Both the position numbers and the translations under genes were made by a program. From Eledone cirrhosa (lineage: Eukaryota): a DNA stretch of 64,000 bases. The stretch covers positions 163,432,001 through 163,496,000 of the forward strand of contig OZ024742.1 in NCBI GenBank assembly GCA_964016885.1, written 5' to 3'. The notes under the pieces are model-generated. The model saw only the letters and a program-made list of their open reading frames with translations, had not been told where the DNA came from and ran no database searches. Positions 1 through 12,420 of the stretch are shown here, piece after piece; the stretch's first letter is position 1; each line of letters begins with the position of its first letter.

Positions 1-121
1 ACGGCTGGAAATTATCTCCCCTTCGACGGCTGGAAATTATCTCCCCTTGGACGGCTGGAAATTATCTCTCCTTGGACGGCTAGAAATTACCTCTCCTTGG
101 ACGGCTGAAAATTATCTCCCC

Positions 122-320
122 TTGGCTGGCTGGAAATTATCTCCCCTTGGAGGCTGGAATTTATCTCCCCTTGGACGGCTAGAAATTACCTCGCCTTGGA
201 CGGCTGGAAAATATGTCTCCTTGGACGGCTGGAAATTATCTCCCCTTGGACGGCTGGAAATTATCTCCCCTTGGACGGCTAGATATTACCTCCCCTTGGA
301 CGGCTGGAAATTATCTCCCC
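122..320 (+). repeat. Example of A-run cassette I (GGCTGGCTGG / 24-bp GGAGG..AATTT / TAGAAATTACC / GGAAAATATGTC / ... / TAGATATTACC)
   Basis: Same ordered variant series recurs at 3167, 4261, 6588, 7026, 8916, 9353, 15090, 15658, 15968, 18883, 19451, 25282, 28393, 33327, 59305, 62849 and elsewhere; appears in the ORF track as MAGWKLSPLGGWNLSPLGRLEITSPWTAGKYVSLDG. Confidence 0.93.
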
Positions 321-937
321 TTGATTTTTTTTTACAAATTATCTCCCCCTGATTTTTTTTTACAAATTATCTCCCCCTGATTTTTTTTTACGAATTATCT
401 CCCCCTGATTTTTTTTACAAATTATCTCCGCCTGATTTTTTTAAAAAAATTATCTCCCCTTGGACGGCTGGAAATTATCTCCCCTTGATTTTTTTTACAA
501 ATTATCTCCCCCTGATTTTTTTTTACAAATTATCTCCCCCTGATTTTTTTTTACAAATTATCTACCCCTGATTTTTTTTTACAAATTATCTCCCCCTGAT
601 TTTTTTTACAAATTATCTCCCCCTGATTTTTTTTTTACAAATTATCTTCGCCTGATTTTTTTAAAAAAATTATCTCCCCTTGGACGGCTGGAAATTATCT
701 CCCCTTGGACGGCTGGAAATTATCTCCCCTTGGACGGCTAGAAATTACCTCTACTTGGACGGCTGAAAATTATCTCCCCTTGGACGGCTGCAAATTATCT
801 CCCCTTGATTTTTTTTACAAATTATCTCCCCCTGATTTTTTTTTACAAATTATCTCCCCTTGATTTTTTTTCTACAAATTATCTCCCCCTGATTTTTTTT
901 ACAATCTCCGCCTGATTTTTTAAAAAATTATCTTCCC

Positions 938-1120
938 TTGGCTGGCGGGAAATTATCTCCCCTTGGACGGCTGGAAATTATCTCCCCTTGGAAGGATGGA
1001 AATTATCTCCCCTTGGACGGCTGGAAATTATCTCCCCTTGCACGGCTGGAAATTATCTCCCCTTGGACAGCTGGAAATTATCTGCCCTTGATTTTGTTTT
1101 TACAAATTATCTCCCCCTGA
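938..1120 (+). repeat. Example of A-run cassette II (GGCTGGCGGG / A / GGAAGGATGG / A / A or TGCACGG / GGACAGC..TCTGCCC, then B with TTTTGTTTTT)
   Basis: Recurs at 5658, 7703, 10892, 20126, 24783, 27300, 29208, 34566, 36492, 41238, 42483, 44541, 46614, 49802, 55724, 58575, 59871, 62119; appears as MAGGKLSPLGRLEIISPWKDGNYLP. Confidence 0.93.
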
Positions 1121-1317
1121 TTTTTTTTACAAATTATCTCCACCTGATTTTTTAAAAAATTATCTCCCCTTGGACGGCTGGAAATTATCTCCCCTTGGCT
1201 GGAAATTATCTCTCCTTGGACGGCTGGAAATTATCTCCCTTTGATTTTTTTTACAAATTATCTCCCTCTGAATTTTTACAAATTTCCCCCTGATTTAAAA
1301 AAAAAAATTATCTCCCC

Positions 1318-1416
1318 TTCGCTGGCTGGAAATTATCTCCCCTTGGACACTGGAAATTATAGCCCCTTGGAGGGCTGGAAATTATCTTCCCTTGGACGGC
1401 TGGAAATTATCTCCCC
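1318..1416 (+). repeat. Example of A-run cassette III (TTCGCTGG / GGACACTGG..ATAGCCCC / GGAGGGCTGG..TCTTCCC / A), 99 bp
   Basis: 19 copies counted by eye: 1318, 6066, 8188, 12958, 16780, 21437, 26128, 29588, 32195, 33605, 36872, 41646, 44949, 47099, 52015, 58205, 58907, 60203, 62451. Confidence 0.93.
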
Positions 1417-4400
1417 TTGATTTTTTTTACAAATTATCTCCCCCTGATTTTTTTTTACAAATTATCTACCCCTGATTTTTTTTTACAAATTATCTCCCCC
1501 TGATTTTTTTTACAAATTATCTCCCCCTGATTTTTTTTACAAATTATCTCCCCCTGATTTTTTTACAAATTATCTCCCCCTGATTTTTTTTACAAATTAT
1601 CTCCGCCTAATTTTTTTAAATATTATCTTCCCTTGGCTGGCGGGAAATTATCTCCCCTTGGACGGCTGAAAATTATCTCCCCTTGGACGGCTGGAAATTA
1701 TCTCCCCTTGATTTTTTTACAAATTATCTCCCCCTGATTATTTTTTACAAATTATCTCCCCCTGATTTTTTTTACAAATTATCTCCCCCTGATTTTTTTT
1801 TTACAAGTTATCTCCGCCTGATTTTTTTTACAAATTATCTCCCCCATATTTTTTTACAAATTATCTCCCCCTGATTTTTTTTACAAATTATCTCCGCCTA
1901 ATTTTTTTAAATATTATCTTCCCTTGGCTGGCGGGAAATTATCTCCCCTTGGACGGCTAGAAATTACCTCTCCTTGGACGACTGAAAATTATCTCCCCTT
2001 GGACAGCTGCAAATTATCTCCCCTTGATTTTTTTTACAAATTATCTCCGCCTGATTTTTTTTTAAAAATTATCTCCCCTTGGACGGCTGGAAATTATCTC
2101 CCCTTGGACGGCTGGAAATTGTCTCCCCTTGGACGGCTAGAAATTACCTCTCCTTGGACGGCTGAAAATTATCTCCCCTTGGACGGCTGGAAATTATCTC
2201 CCATTGATTTTTTTACAAATTATCTCCCCCTGATATTTTTTTACAAATTATCTCCCCCTGATTTTTTTTTACAAATTATCTCCCCCTGATTTTTTTTTAC
2301 AAATTATCGCCCCCTGATTTTTTTTTACAAATTATCTTCCCCTGATTTTTTTTTTACAAATTATCTCCCCCTGATTTTTTTACAAATTATCTCCCCCTGA
2401 TTTTTTTTACAATCTCCGCCTGATTTTTTTAAAAATTATCTTCCCTTGGCTGGCGGGAAATTATCTCCCCTTGGACGGCTGGAAATTATCTCCCCTTGGA
2501 CGGCTGGAAATTATCTCCCCTTGGACGGCTAGAAATTACCTCTCCTTGGACGGCTGAAAATTATCTCCCCTTGGACGGCTGCAAATTATCTCCCCTTGAT
2601 TTTTTTTACAAATTATCTCCCCCTGATTTTTTTTTACAAATTATCTCCCCCTGATTTTTTTTTACAAATTATCTACCCCTGATTTTTTTTACAAATTATC
2701 TCCCCCTGATTTTTTTTTACAAATTATCTAACCCTAATTTTTTTTTACAAATTATCTCCCCCTGATTTTTTTTTTACAAATTATCTCCCCCTGATTTTTT
2801 TACAAATTATCTCCCCCTGATTTTTTTTACATTCACCGCCTGAGTTTTTTAAAAATTATCTTCCCTTGGCTGGCGGGAAATTATCTCCCCTTGGACGGCT
2901 GGAAATTATCTCCCCTTGGAAGGATGGAAATTATCTCCCCTTGGATGGCTGGAAATTATCTCCCCTTGCACGGCTGGAAATTATCTCCCCTTGGCTGGAA
3001 ATTATCTCCCCTTGGACGGCTGAAAATTATCTCCCCTTGGACGGCTGGAAATTATCTCCCCTTGATTTTTTTAAAAATTATCTCCCCCTGATTTTTTTTA
3101 CAAATTATCTCCCCCTGATTTTTTTACAAATTATCTCCCCCTGATTTTTTTACAAATTATCTCCCCTTGGCTGGCTGGAAATTATCTCCCATTGGAGGCT
3201 GGAATTTATCTCCCCTTGGACGGCTAGAAATTACCTCTCCTTGGACGGCTGGAAAATATGTCTCCTTGGACGGCTGGATATTATCTGCCCTTGGACGGCT
3301 GGAAATTATCTCCCCTTGGACGGCTGGAAATTATCTCCCCTTGGACGGCTAGATATTACCTCCCCTTGGACGGCTGGAAATTATCTCCCCTTGATTTTTT
3401 TTACAAATTATCTCCCCCTGATTTTTTTACAAATTATCTCCCCCTGATTTTTTTTACAATCTCCGCCTGATTTTTTAAAAAATTATCTTCCCTTGGCTGG
3501 CGGGAAATTATCTCGCCTTGGACGGCTGGAAATTATCTCCCCTTGGAAGGATGGAAATTATCTCCCCTTGGACGGCTGGAAATTATCTCCCCTTGCACGG
3601 CTGAAAATTATCTCCCCTTGGACAGCTGGAAATTATCTGTCCTTGATTTTGTTTTTATAAATTATCTCCCCCTGATTTTTTTTACAAATTATCTCCCCCT
3701 GATTTTTTTTTACAAATTATCTCCGCCTGATTTTTTTTAAAATTATATCTCCTTGGACGGCTGGAAATTATCTCCCCTTGATTTTTTTTACAAATTATCT
3801 CCCCCTGATTTTTTTTTACAAATTATCTCCCCCTGATTTTTTTTTACAAATTATCTAGCCCTGATTTTTTTTTACAAATTATCTCCCCCTGATTTTTTTA
3901 CAAATTATCTCCCCCTGATTTTTTTTTTACAAATTATCTCCCCTTGATTTTTTAACAAATTATCTCCCCCTGATTTTTTTTACAAATTATCTCCCCCTGA
4001 TTTTTTTACAAATTATCTCCCCTTGGCTGGCTGGAAATTATCTCCCCTTGGACGGCTGAAAATTATCTCCCCTTGGACGGCTGGAAATTATCTCCCCTTG
4101 ATTTTTTTACAAATTATCTCCCCCTGATTTTTTTTTACAAATTATCTCCCCCTGATTTTTTTTTACAAATTATCTCCCCCTGATTTTTTTTTACAAATTA
4201 TCTCCCCCTGATTTTTTTTACAAATTATCCCCCCCTGATTTTTTTACAAATTATCTCCCCTTGGCTGGCTGGAAATTATCTCCCCTTGGAGGCTGGAATT
4301 TATCTCCCCTTGGACGGCTAGAAATTATCTCTCCTTGGACGGCTGGAAAATATGTCTACTTGGACGGCTGGATATTATCTCCCCTTGGACGGCTGGAAAT

Positions 4401-7400
4401 TATCTCCCCTTGGATCGCTAGATATTACCTCCCCTTGGACGGCTGGAAATTATCTCCCCTTGGCTGGCGGGAAATTATCTCCCCTTGGACGGCTGGAAAT
4501 TATATCCCCTTGGAAGGATGGAAATTATCTCCCCTTGGACGGCTGGAAATTATCTCCCCTTGGACGGCTGGAAATTATCTCCCCTTGGACAGCTGGAAAT
4601 TATCTGCCCTTGATTTTGTTTTTACAAATTATCTCCCCCTGATTTTTTTTACAAATTATCTCCACCTGATTTTTTAAAAAATTATCTCCCCTTGGACGGC
4701 AGTAAATTATCTCTCCTTGGAAGGCTAGAAATTATCTCTATTTGGACGGCTGGAAATTATCTCCCTTTGATTTTTTTTACAAATTATCTCCCCCTGATTT
4801 TTTTTTAAAATTATCTCTCCTTGGACGGCTGGAAATTATCTCCCCTTGATTTTTTTTACAAATTATCTCCCCCTGATTTTTTTTACAAATTATCTCCCCC
4901 TGATATTTTTTACAAATTATCTCCCCCTGATTTTTTTTACAAATTATCTCCCCTTGGCAGGCTGGAAATTATCTCCCCTTGGAGGCTGGAATTTATCTCC
5001 CCTTGGACGGCTAGAAATTACCTCGGCTTGGACGGCTGGAAAATATGTCTCCTTGGACGGCTGGAAATTATCTCCCCTTGGACGGCTGGAAATTATCTCC
5101 CCTTGGACGGCTGGAAATTATCTCCCCTTGGACGGCTAGATATTACCTCCCCTTGGACGGCTGGAAATTATCTCCCCTTGATTTTTTTTTACAAATTATC
5201 TCCCCCTGATTTTTTTTTACAAATTATCTCCCCCTGATTTTTTTTTACGAATTATCTCCCCCTGATTTTTTTTTACAAATTATCTCCGCCTGATTTTTTT
5301 TAAAAAATTATCTCCCCTTGGACGGCTGGAAATTATCTCCCCTTGGACGGCTGGAAATTATCTCCCCTTGGACGGCTAGAAATTACCTCTCCTTGGACGG
5401 CTGAAAATTATCTCCCCTTGGACGGCTGCAAATTATCTCCCCTTGATTTTTTTAACAAATTATCTCCCCCTGATTTTTTTTTACAAATTATCTCCCCCTG
5501 ATTTTTTTTTACAAATTATCTACGCCTAATTTTTTTTACAAATTATCTCCCCCTGATTTTTTTTCACAAATTATCTCCCCCTGATTTTTTTTACAAATTA
5601 TCTCCCCCCTGATTTTTATTACAATCTCCGCCTGATTTTTAAAAAAATTATCTTCCCTTGGCTGGCGGGAAATTATCTCCCCTTGGACGGCTGGAAATTA
5701 TATCCCCTTGGAAGGATGGAAATTATCTCCCCTTGGACGGCTGGAAATTATCTCCCCTTGGACGGCTGGAAATTATCTCCCCTTGGACAGCTGGAAATTA
5801 TCTGCCCTTGATTTTGTTTTTACAAATTATCTCCCCCTGATTTTTTTTACAAATTATCTCCACCTGATTTTTTAAAAAATTATCTCCCCTTGGACGGCTG
5901 GAAATTATCTCCCCTTGGCTCGAAATTATCTCCCCTTGGACGGCTAGAAATTATCTCTCTTTGGACGGCTGGAAATTATCTCCCTTTGATTTTTTTTACA
6001 AATTATCTCCCCCTGATTTTTTTTTACAAATCTCCCCCTGATTTTTTAAAAAAAATTATCTCCCCTTCGCTGGCTGGAAATTATCTCCCCTTGGACACTG
6101 GAAATTATAGCCCCTTGGAGGGCTGGAAATTATCTTCCCTTGGACGGCTGGAAATTATCACTCCTTGATTTTTTTACAAATTATCTCCCCCTGATTTTTT
6201 TTTACAAATTATCCCCCCCGATTTTTTTTACAAATTATCTCCCCCTGATTTTTTTTACAAATTATCTCCCCTTGGACGGCTGGAAATTATCTCCCCTTGG
6301 ACGGCTGGAAATTATCTCCCCTTGGACGGCTAGAAATTACCTCTCCTTGGACGACTGAAAATTATCTCCCCTTGGACGGCTGCAAATTATCTCCCCTTGA
6401 TTTTTTTTACAAATTATCTACCCCTGATTTTTTTTTACAAATTATCTCCCCCTGATTTTTTTTACAAATAAACTCCCCCTGATTATTTTTTACAAATTAT
6501 CTCCCCCTGATTTTTTTTTACAAATTACCTCCCCCTGATTTTTTTTACAAATTATCTCCCCCTGATTTTTTTACAAATTATCTCCCCTTGGCTGGCTGGA
6601 AATTATCTCCCCTTGGAGGCTGGAATTTATCTCCCCTTGGACGGCTGGAAATTATCTCTCCTTGGATGGCTAGAAATTACCTCTCCTTGGACGGCTGGAA
6701 AATATGTCTCCTTGGACGGCTGGAAATTATCTCCCCTTGGACGGCTGGAAATTATCTCCCCTTGGACGGCTGGAAATTATCTCTCCTTGGACGGCTAGAA
6801 ATTACCTCTCCTTGGACGGCTGAAAATTATCTCCCCTTGGACGGCTGAAAATTATCTCCCCTTGATTTTTGTTACAAATTATCTCCCCCTGATTTTTTTT
6901 TACAAATTATCTCCCCCTGATTTTTTTTTACAAATTATCTTCCCCTGATTTTTTTTTACAAATTATCTCCCCCTGATATTTTTTGCAAATTATCTCCCCC
7001 TGATTTTTTTACAAATTATCTCCCCTTGGCTGGCTGGAAATTATCTCCCCTTGGAGGCTTGAATTTATCTCCCCTTGGACGGTTAGAAATTACCTCTCCT
7101 TGGACGGCTAGAAAATATGTCTCCTTGGACGGCTGGAAATTATCTCCCCTTGGACGGCTGGAAATTATCTCCCCTTGGACGGCTGGAAATTATCTCCCCT
7201 TGGACGGCTAGATATTACCTCCCCTTGGACGGCTGGAAATTATCTCCCCTTGATTTTTTTTACAAATTATCTCCCCCTGATTTTTGTTTTACAAACTATC
7301 TCCGCCTGATTTTTTTTTAAAAATGATCTCCCCTTGGACGGCTGGAAATTATCTCCCCTTGGACGGCTGGAAATTATCTCCCCTTGGACGGCTAGAAATT

Positions 7401-10400
7401 ACCTCTCCTTGGACGGCTGAAAATTATCTCCCCTTGGACGGCTGCAAATTATCTCCCCTTGATTTTTTTAACAAATTATCTCCCCCTGATTTTTTTTACA
7501 AATTATCTCTCCCTGATTTTTTTTTACAAATTATCTACGCCTAATTTTTTTTACAAATTATCTCCCCCTGATTTTTTTTTACAAATTATCTCCCCCTGAT
7601 TTTTTTTTACAAATTATCTCCCCCTGATTTTTTTTTTACAAATTATCTCCCCCCTGATTTTTTTTACAATCTCCGCCTGATTTTTTTAAAAATTATCTTC
7701 CCTTGGCTGGCGGGAAATTATCTCCCCTTGGACGGCTGGAAATTATATCCCCTTGGAAGGATGGAAATTATCTCCCCTTGGACGGCTGGAAATTATCTCC
7801 CCTTGGACGGCTGGAAATTATCTCCCCTTGGACAGCTGGAAATTATCTGCCCTTGATTTTGTTTTTACAAATTATCTCCCCCTGATTTTTTTTACAAATT
7901 ATCTCCACCTGATTTTTAAAAAATTATCTCCCCTTGGACGGCAGTAAATTATCTCTCCTTGGCTGGAAATTATCTCCCCTTGGACGGCTAGAAATTATCT
8001 CTATTTGGACGGCTGGAAATTATCTCCCTTTGATTTTTTTTACAAATTATCTCCCCCTGATTTTTTTTAAAAATTATCTCTCCTTGGACGGCTGGAAATT
8101 ATCTCCCCTTGATTTTTTTTACAAATTATCTCCCCCTGATTTTTTTTACAAATCTCCCCCTGATTTTTAAAAAAAAATTATCTCCCCTTCGCTGGCTGGA
8201 AATTATCTCCCCTTGGACACTGGAAATTATAGCCCCTTGGAGGGCTGGAAATTATCTTCCCTTGGACGGCTGGAAATTATCTCTCCTTGATTTTTTTACA
8301 AATTATCTCCCCCTGATTTTTTTTTACAAATTATCCCCCCGATTTTTTTTACAAATTATCTCCCCCTGATTTTTTTTACAAATTATCTCCCCTTGGACGG
8401 CTGGAAATTATCTCCCCTTGGACGGCTGGAAATTATCTCCCCTTGGACGGCTAGAAATTACCTCTCCTTGGACGACTGAAAATTATCTCCCCTTGGACGG
8501 CTGCAAATTATCTCCCCTTGATTTTTTTTACAAATTATCTACCCCTGATTTTTTTTTACAAATTATTTCCCCCTGATTTTTTTTACAAATTATCTCCCCC
8601 TGATTTTTTTACAAATTATCTCCCCCTGATTTTTTTACAAATTATCTCCCCCTGATTTTTTTTACAAATTATCTCCGCCTAATTTTTTTAAATATTATCT
8701 TCCCTTGGCTGGCGGGAAATTATCTCCCCTTGGACGGCTGAAAATTATCTCCCCTTGGACGGCTGGAAATTATCTCCCCTTGATTTTTTTTGCAAATAAA
8801 CTCCCCCTGATTATATTTTACAAATTATCTCCCCCTGATTTTTTTTTACAAATTATCTCACCCTGATTTTTTTTACAAATTATCTCCCCCTGATTTTTTT
8901 ACAAATTATCTCCCCTTGGCTGGCTGGAAATTATCTCCCCTTGGAGGCTGGAATTTATCTCCCCTTGGACGGCTGGAAATTATCTCTCCTTGGACGGCTA
9001 GAAATTACCTCTCCTTGGACGGCTGGAAAATATGTCTCCTTGGACGGCTGGAAATTATCTCCCCTTGCACGGCTGGAAATTATCTCCCCTTGGACGGCTG
9101 GAAATTATCTCTCCTTGGACGGCTAGAAATTACCTCTCCTTGGACGGCTGAAAATTATCTCCCCTTGGACGGCTGGAAATTATCTCCCCTTGATTTTTGT
9201 TACAAATTATCTCCCCTGATTTTTTTTTACAAATTATCTCCCCCTGATTTTTTTTTACAAATTATCTTCCCCTGATTTTTTATAACAAATTATCTCCCCC
9301 TGATATTTTTTACAAATTATCTCCCCCTGATTTTTTTACAAAGTATCTCCCCTTGGTTGGCTGGAAATTATCTCCCCTTGGAGGCTGGAATTTATCTCCC
9401 CTTGGACGGTTAGAAATTACCTCTCCTTGGACGGCAAGAAAATATGTCTCCTTGGACGGCTGGAAATTATCTCCCCTTGGACGGCTGGAAATTATCTCCC
9501 CTTGGACGGCTGGAAATTATCTCCCCTTGGACGGCTAGATATTACCTCCCCTTGGACGGCTGGAAATTATCTCCCCTTGATTTTTTTTACAAATTATCTC
9601 CCCCTGATTTTTTTTACAAATTATCTCCCCCTGATTTTTTTACAAATTATCTCCCCCTGATTTTTTTACAAATTATCTCCCCCTGATTTTTTTTACAAAT
9701 TATCTCCGTCTAATTTTTTTAAATATTATCTTCCCTTGGCTGGCGGGAAATTATCTCCCCTTGGACGGCTGAAAATTATCTCCCCTTGGACGGCTGGAAA
9801 TTATCTCCCCTTGATTTTTTTTACAAATAAACTCCCCCTGATTATATTTTACAAATTATCTCCCCCTGATTTTTTTTACAAATTATCTCCCCCTGATTTT
9901 TTTACAAATTATCTCCCCTTGGCTGGCTGGAAATTATCTCCCCTTGGAGGCTGGAATTTATCTCCCCTTGGACGGCTGGAAATTATCTCTCCTTGGACGG
10001 CTAGAAATTACCTCTCCTTGGACGGCTGGAAAATAATTCTCCTTGGACGGCTGGAAATTATCTCCCCTTGCACGGCTGGAAATTATCTCCCCTTGGACGG
10101 CTGGAAATTATCTCTCCTTGGACGGCTAGAAATTACCTCTCCTTGGACGGCTGAAAATTATCTCCCCTTGGCTGGCTGGAAATTATCTCCCCTTGGAGGC
10201 TGGAATTTATCTCCCCTTGGACGGTTAGAAATTACCTCTCCTTGGACGGCAAGAAAATATGTCTCCTTGGACGGCTGGAAATTATCTCCCCTTGGACGGC
10301 TGGAAATTATCTCCCCTTGGACGGCTGGAAATTATCTCCCCTTGGACGGCTAGATATTACCTCCCCTTGGACGGCTGGAAATTATCTCCCCTTGATTTTT

Positions 10401-12420
10401 TTTACAAATTATCTCCCCCTAATTTTTTTTACAAATTATCTCCCCCTGATTTTTTTTACGAATTATCTCCCCCTGATTTTTTTTTACAAACTATCTCCGC
10501 CTGATTTTTTTTTTAAAATGATCTCCCCTTGGACGGCTGGAAATTATCTCCCCTTGGACGGCTGGAAATTATCTCCCCTTGGACGGCTAGAAATTACCTC
10601 TCCTTGGACGGCTGAAAATTATCTCCCCTTGGACGGCTGCAAATTATCTCCCCTTGATTTTTTTAACAAATTATCTCCCCCTGATTTTTTTTACAAATTA
10701 TCTCCCCCTGATTTTTTTTACAAATTATCTACGCCTAATTTTTTTTACAAATTATCTCCTGATTTTTTTTACAAATTATCTCCCCCTGATTTGTTTTTAC
10801 AAATTATCTCCCCCTGATTTTTTTTTACAAATTATCTCCCCCCTGATTTTTTTTACAATCTCCGCCTGATTTTTTTAAAAATTATCTTCCCTTGGCTGGC
10901 GGGAAATTATCTCCCCTTGGACGGCTGGAAATTATATCCCCTTGGAAGGATGGAAATTATCTCCCCTTGGACGGCTGGAAATTATCTCCCCTTGGACGGC
11001 TGGAAATTATCTCCCCTTGGACAGCTGGAAATTATCTGCCCTTGATTTTGTTTTTACAAATTATCTCCCCCTGATTTTTTTTACAAATTATCTCCACCTG
11101 ATTTTTTAAAAAATTATCTCCCCTTGGACGGCAGTAAATTATCTCTCCTTGGCTGGAAATTATCTCCCCTTGGACGGCTAGAAATTATCTCTATTTGGAC
11201 GGCTGGAAATTATCTCCCTTTGATTTTTTTTACAAATTATCTCCCCCTGATTTTTTTTAAAAATTATATCTCCTTGGACGACTGGAAATTATCTCCCCTT
11301 GATTTTTTTTACAAATTATCTCCCCCTGATTTTTTTTTACAAATTATCTCCGCCTGATTTTTTTTAAAAAATTATCTCCCCTTGGACGGCTGGAAATTAT
11401 CTCCCCTTGGACGGCTGGAAATTATCTCCCCTTGGACGGCTAGAAATTACCTCTCCTTGGACGGCTGAAAATTATCTCCCCTTGGACGGCTGCAAATTAT
11501 CTCCCCTTGATTTTTTTAACAAATTATCTCCCCCTGATTTTTTTTTACAAATTATCTCCCCCTGATTTTTTTTTACAAATTATCTACGCCTAATTTTTTT
11601 TACAAATTATCTCCCCCTGATTTTTTTTTACAAATTATCTCCCCGTGATTTTTTTTACAAATTATCTCCCCCTGATTTTTTTTTACAAATTATCTCCGCC
11701 TGATTTTTTTTTAAAATTATCTCTGCTTGGACGGCTGGATATTATCTCCCCTTTCATTTTTTTTACAAATTATCTCCCCCTGATTTTTTTTTACAAATTA
11801 TCTACCCCTGATTTTTTTTTACAAATTATCTCCCCCTGATTTTTTTTACAAATTATCTCCCCCTGATTTTTTTTTTACAAATTATTTCCCCCTGATTTTT
11901 TTACAAATTATCTGCCCCTGATTTTTTTTACAAATTATCTCCGCCTGATTTTTTTAAATATTATCTTACCTTGGCTGGCGGGAAATTATCTCCCCTTGGA
12001 CGGCTGAAAATTATCTCCCCTTGGACGGCTGGAAATTATCTCCCCTTGATTTTTTTTACAAATTATCTCCCCCTGATTTTTTTTTACAAATTATCTCCCC
12101 CTGATTTTTTTTTACAAATTATCTCCCCCTGATTTTTTTTTACAAATTATCTCCCCCTGATTTTTTTTACAAATTATCTCCCCCTGATTTTTTTACAAAT
12201 TATCTCCCCTTGGATGGCTGGAAATTATCTCCCCTTGGACGGCTGGAAATTATCTCCCCTTGCACGGCTGGAAATTATCTCCCCTTGATTTATTTTACAA
12301 ATTATCTCCCCCTGATTTTTTTTTACAAATTATCTCCCCCTGATTTTTTTTTTACAAATTATCTACCCCTGATTTTTTTTTACAAATTATCTCCCCCTGA
12401 TTTTTTTTACAAATTATCTC

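Noticed and set aside
321-460. T-tracts as intrinsic or Pol III terminators, or A-runs as small RNA/SINE genes
   Set aside because: No GC-rich hairpin precedes the T-tracts, and there is no A-box/B-box, tRNA-like fold or target-site duplication.
944-962. NF-kB site in GGGAAATTATCTCCCC
   Set aside because: Half-site spacing does not fit the 10-bp GGGRNWYYCC consensus.
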